Of a stretch of DNA of 64,000 nucleotides, positions 62,614-64,000 are shown piece after piece. Numbering within the stretch: position 1 is the first letter of the stretch; every line of letters starts with the position of its first letter. Under the pieces are notes generated by a model. That model was given only the letters and a program-made list of their open reading frames with translations. It had not been told where the DNA came from and made no database searches. The position numbers and the translations under genes are program-made. The DNA comes from Burkholderiales bacterium (GTDB taxonomy: Bacteria > Pseudomonadota > Gammaproteobacteria > Burkholderiales > Ga0077523), in the NCBI GenBank assembly GCA_046347985.1, contig JAXMFE010000012.1, forward strand, positions 35,558 through 99,557. The letters run 5' to 3'.

Positions 62614-63729
62614 ATGCCGGCCGTGATGCGGGCTCCGTGGCGCAGCGGCCGGGTCGCCTGCGTCGTGGCGGCAGCGATGCTCGGCGGCTGCGATGCGCCA
62701 TATCCGGAGGCCTGGGCACCGGTGTCTCGAGCCGCGCTGGCCGATTTTTCCGGCGAGTGCCCGGATCTCACCGGGACCTACCGCATTCCGTCATCCGCCG
62801 CGGAGGAAGGCGAGGTCAGTCTCGCGCACACGTTCGTCGGCCAGATCCCCGCCTGGCAGTCTGGCGAGCGGCGGTGGGAAACGTTGACGTTCGCCGGCGA
62901 CGCCGATCACTCCCTGACGCTGACACTGACACGCAGCCCCGCGACGATGGAGGCCTATCGTCGGACGATCGAGCAGCGCGGTGGGGAGGCGGCCCGGCAG
63001 TATCGGCTGCTCTTCAGTCCGGCGGGGCGGCATGCCGAGGCGAATGCGTCGCTGTCCGACGCAGCCTACGAGGAGCACCTGAAGCGGCAGTTCCTTTGGC
63101 CGGTCGAGCGCGTCACGCTGAGGAAGGGGCGCGACTACGCCTGCTTCCAGGGTTGGGTCCGCAGTCGTCGCATCGCGGAACCCGGACGGGGCGAACGGCG
63201 CGATCCGCGCGCACCGGCGGTCAACGGCGAGGTTCTGATGGGGCGCGACACGGCGGGCTATCTCGTGGGCCAGGCCGTGTTCCGCAAGCCGATCACCTAC
63301 GCCCCGGGATGCGACGCCTGTCCGCGGTTCGACCTCGGCAACTGGAACGTCAGCCGCTGGCAGCACTGGGCGCCGAGTGCGCCGGCATGGGTCGGGGAGG
63401 TCCCGCGGCCGTGGGCCGCCTCGGCGGTTCCGGAGGAAGCGGTTGCGCCGGAAGCGGCCGCGGGGACGGACCGTCGCGACGTGTCCGTCTCGATCGCGTC
63501 GCGCCTGCAGCCGCTGCTGCCCGACGGCGTATTGCTGGGCAAGGTCGTCGCGGAAGGCGTGCGCTATCGACTGACGGTGTTCAGCGACGATGCGAATGCC
63601 GTCCAGCGCCTGATCCGCAACGTGAGCGCGTCGGAGGCGTTCGAACCGCCGCAGGTGCTCAGCATGGCGCGCAACGCTTCCCGGCTCCAGGAGACGGTCT
63701 TGCTGCTGGCCGCACGCGCGCCGCGCTGA
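62614..63729 (+). CDS. Hypothetical lipoprotein, no recognisable domain
   Basis: Start re-picked to ATG 62614. Lipobox VVAAAMLGGC. 371 aa with high GC3. No motif I can assign. Confidence 0.6.
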   Translation: MPAVMRAPWRSGRVACVVAAAMLGGCDAPYPEAWAPVSRAALADFSGECPDLTGTYRIPSSAAEEGEVSLAHTFVGQIPAWQSGERRWETLTFAGDADHSLTLTLTRSPATMEAYRRTIEQRGGEAARQYRLLFSPAGRHAEANASLSDAAYEEHLKRQFLWPVERVTLRKGRDYACFQGWVRSRRIAEPGRGERRDPRAPAVNGEVLMGRDTAGYLVGQAVFRKPITYAPGCDACPRFDLGNWNVSRWQHWAPSAPAWVGEVPRPWAASAVPEEAVAPEAAAGTDRRDVSVSIASRLQPLLPDGVLLGKVVAEGVRYRLTVFSDDANAVQRLIRNVSASEAFEPPQVLSMARNASRLQETVLLLAARAPR

Positions 63730-63788
63730 CGCGGGACCGTGCGGACTGCCGCAGGTGTCTTCGCGTCCTCGCGACGTTTCACGACACT

Positions 63789-64000
63789 TCACATCCGGCG
63801 CGTCGGCGGTGCCTGCGACGGATCGTCGCTGCGGCACTCGCGCGGCGGCACGGGTCCGGACACCTCGACGCGGCCCGATCGCGTCGGGACGTACACGCGG
63901 CCCCTCGAGATCGTCGGCGGGACGAAGCCGGAGCCGGTATCGAGACCACCCGCGGCGTAGTCGTCGCTGCTGCACGGCTCCTCGATGCGGTTCGGGTCGG
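63789..64000 (-). CDS. 3' end of a minus-strand gene whose start lies beyond the window; product unknown
   Basis: Not in the ORF track because it has no start in the window. The minus frame with codons from 63998 reads DPNRIEEPCSSDDYAAGGLDTGSGFVPPTISRGRVYVPTRSGRVEVSGPVPPRECRSDDPSQAPPTRRM-stop (TGA = 63791..63789). GC3 is very high. Confidence 0.4.
   Translation of the reverse strand, partial: DPNRIEEPCSSDDYAAGGLDTGSGFVPPTISRGRVYVPTRSGRVEVSGPVPPRECRSDDPSQAPPTRRM

Noticed and set aside
62791-63975. 394-aa minus-strand ORF
   Set aside because: It is antisense to the lipoprotein gene and Arg-rich, with no motifs. The real minus-strand coding signal near the window end is in a different frame (63789-63998).

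Overview
High-GC (about two-thirds G+C by eye) proteobacterial chromosome segment. Gene content and order look most like a betaproteobacterium, which is an inference from synteny and not a database hit. I call about 60 protein genes and one tRNA-Pro(GGG). I saw no rRNA, CRISPR array, transposase, integrase or prophage genes. Many starts were re-picked inside the supplied ORFs, because high GC creates long spurious N-terminal extensions and long antisense ORFs.

Layout:
- 1-7.1 kb: Liv-type ABC importer flanked by two enolase-superfamily enzymes.
- 7.3-14.7 kb: thrS-infC-rpmI-rplT-pheS-pheT-ihfA-merR-like cluster.
- 14.9-17.5 kb: tRNA-Pro, then surE-pcm-nlpD.
- 17.5-24.1 kb, minus strand: pat-moxR-DUF58-tgpA, facing a divergent HDAC-type deacetylase.
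- 25.4-27.1 kb: an MCP.
- 27.6-32 kb: aminotransferase-GNAT-hom-thrC.
- 32-38.3 kb: hybrid histidine kinase, DinG/YoaA helicase, ykvA-like gene, rimO.
- 38.3-42 kb: phaR, a 616-nt low-GC gap, phaB, phaC.
- 42.3-44.8 kb: pgeF-rluD and bamD.
- 44.8-50.3 kb: Hpt-REC-REC-GGDEF protein, copZ-copA, a CxC membrane protein.
- 50.4-57.9 kb: acetoacetyl-CoA synthetase, DUF2783-like, TerB, enoyl-CoA hydratase, GlcG-like, apt, M48 protease, AIM24-like.
- 58.4-59.3 kb: two PaaI thioesterases.
- 60.2-63.7 kb: PEP-CTERM protein, a macro-like/TIR fusion protein, an orphan lipoprotein.

Most notable observations:
1. A single gene fuses a degenerate macro-like domain to a TIR domain (61192-62355), with no recognisable effector partner.
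2. An unannotated plus-strand transcription unit lies in the phaB-phaR gap. It has a near-consensus promoter, a PhaR-operator-like palindrome at the predicted transcript start, a GC trough, three stable hairpins and a strong intrinsic terminator, but no credible ORF.
3. A protein lysine acetyltransferase is translationally coupled to moxR-DUF58-tgpA and sits opposite an HDAC-type deacetylase.
4. There is a cluster of gene lesions at 54-60 kb: an in-frame amber codon, a 1-nt frameshift and a ~0.9 kb decayed stretch.

All family assignments come from motifs I recognise by eye and need HMM or BLAST confirmation.
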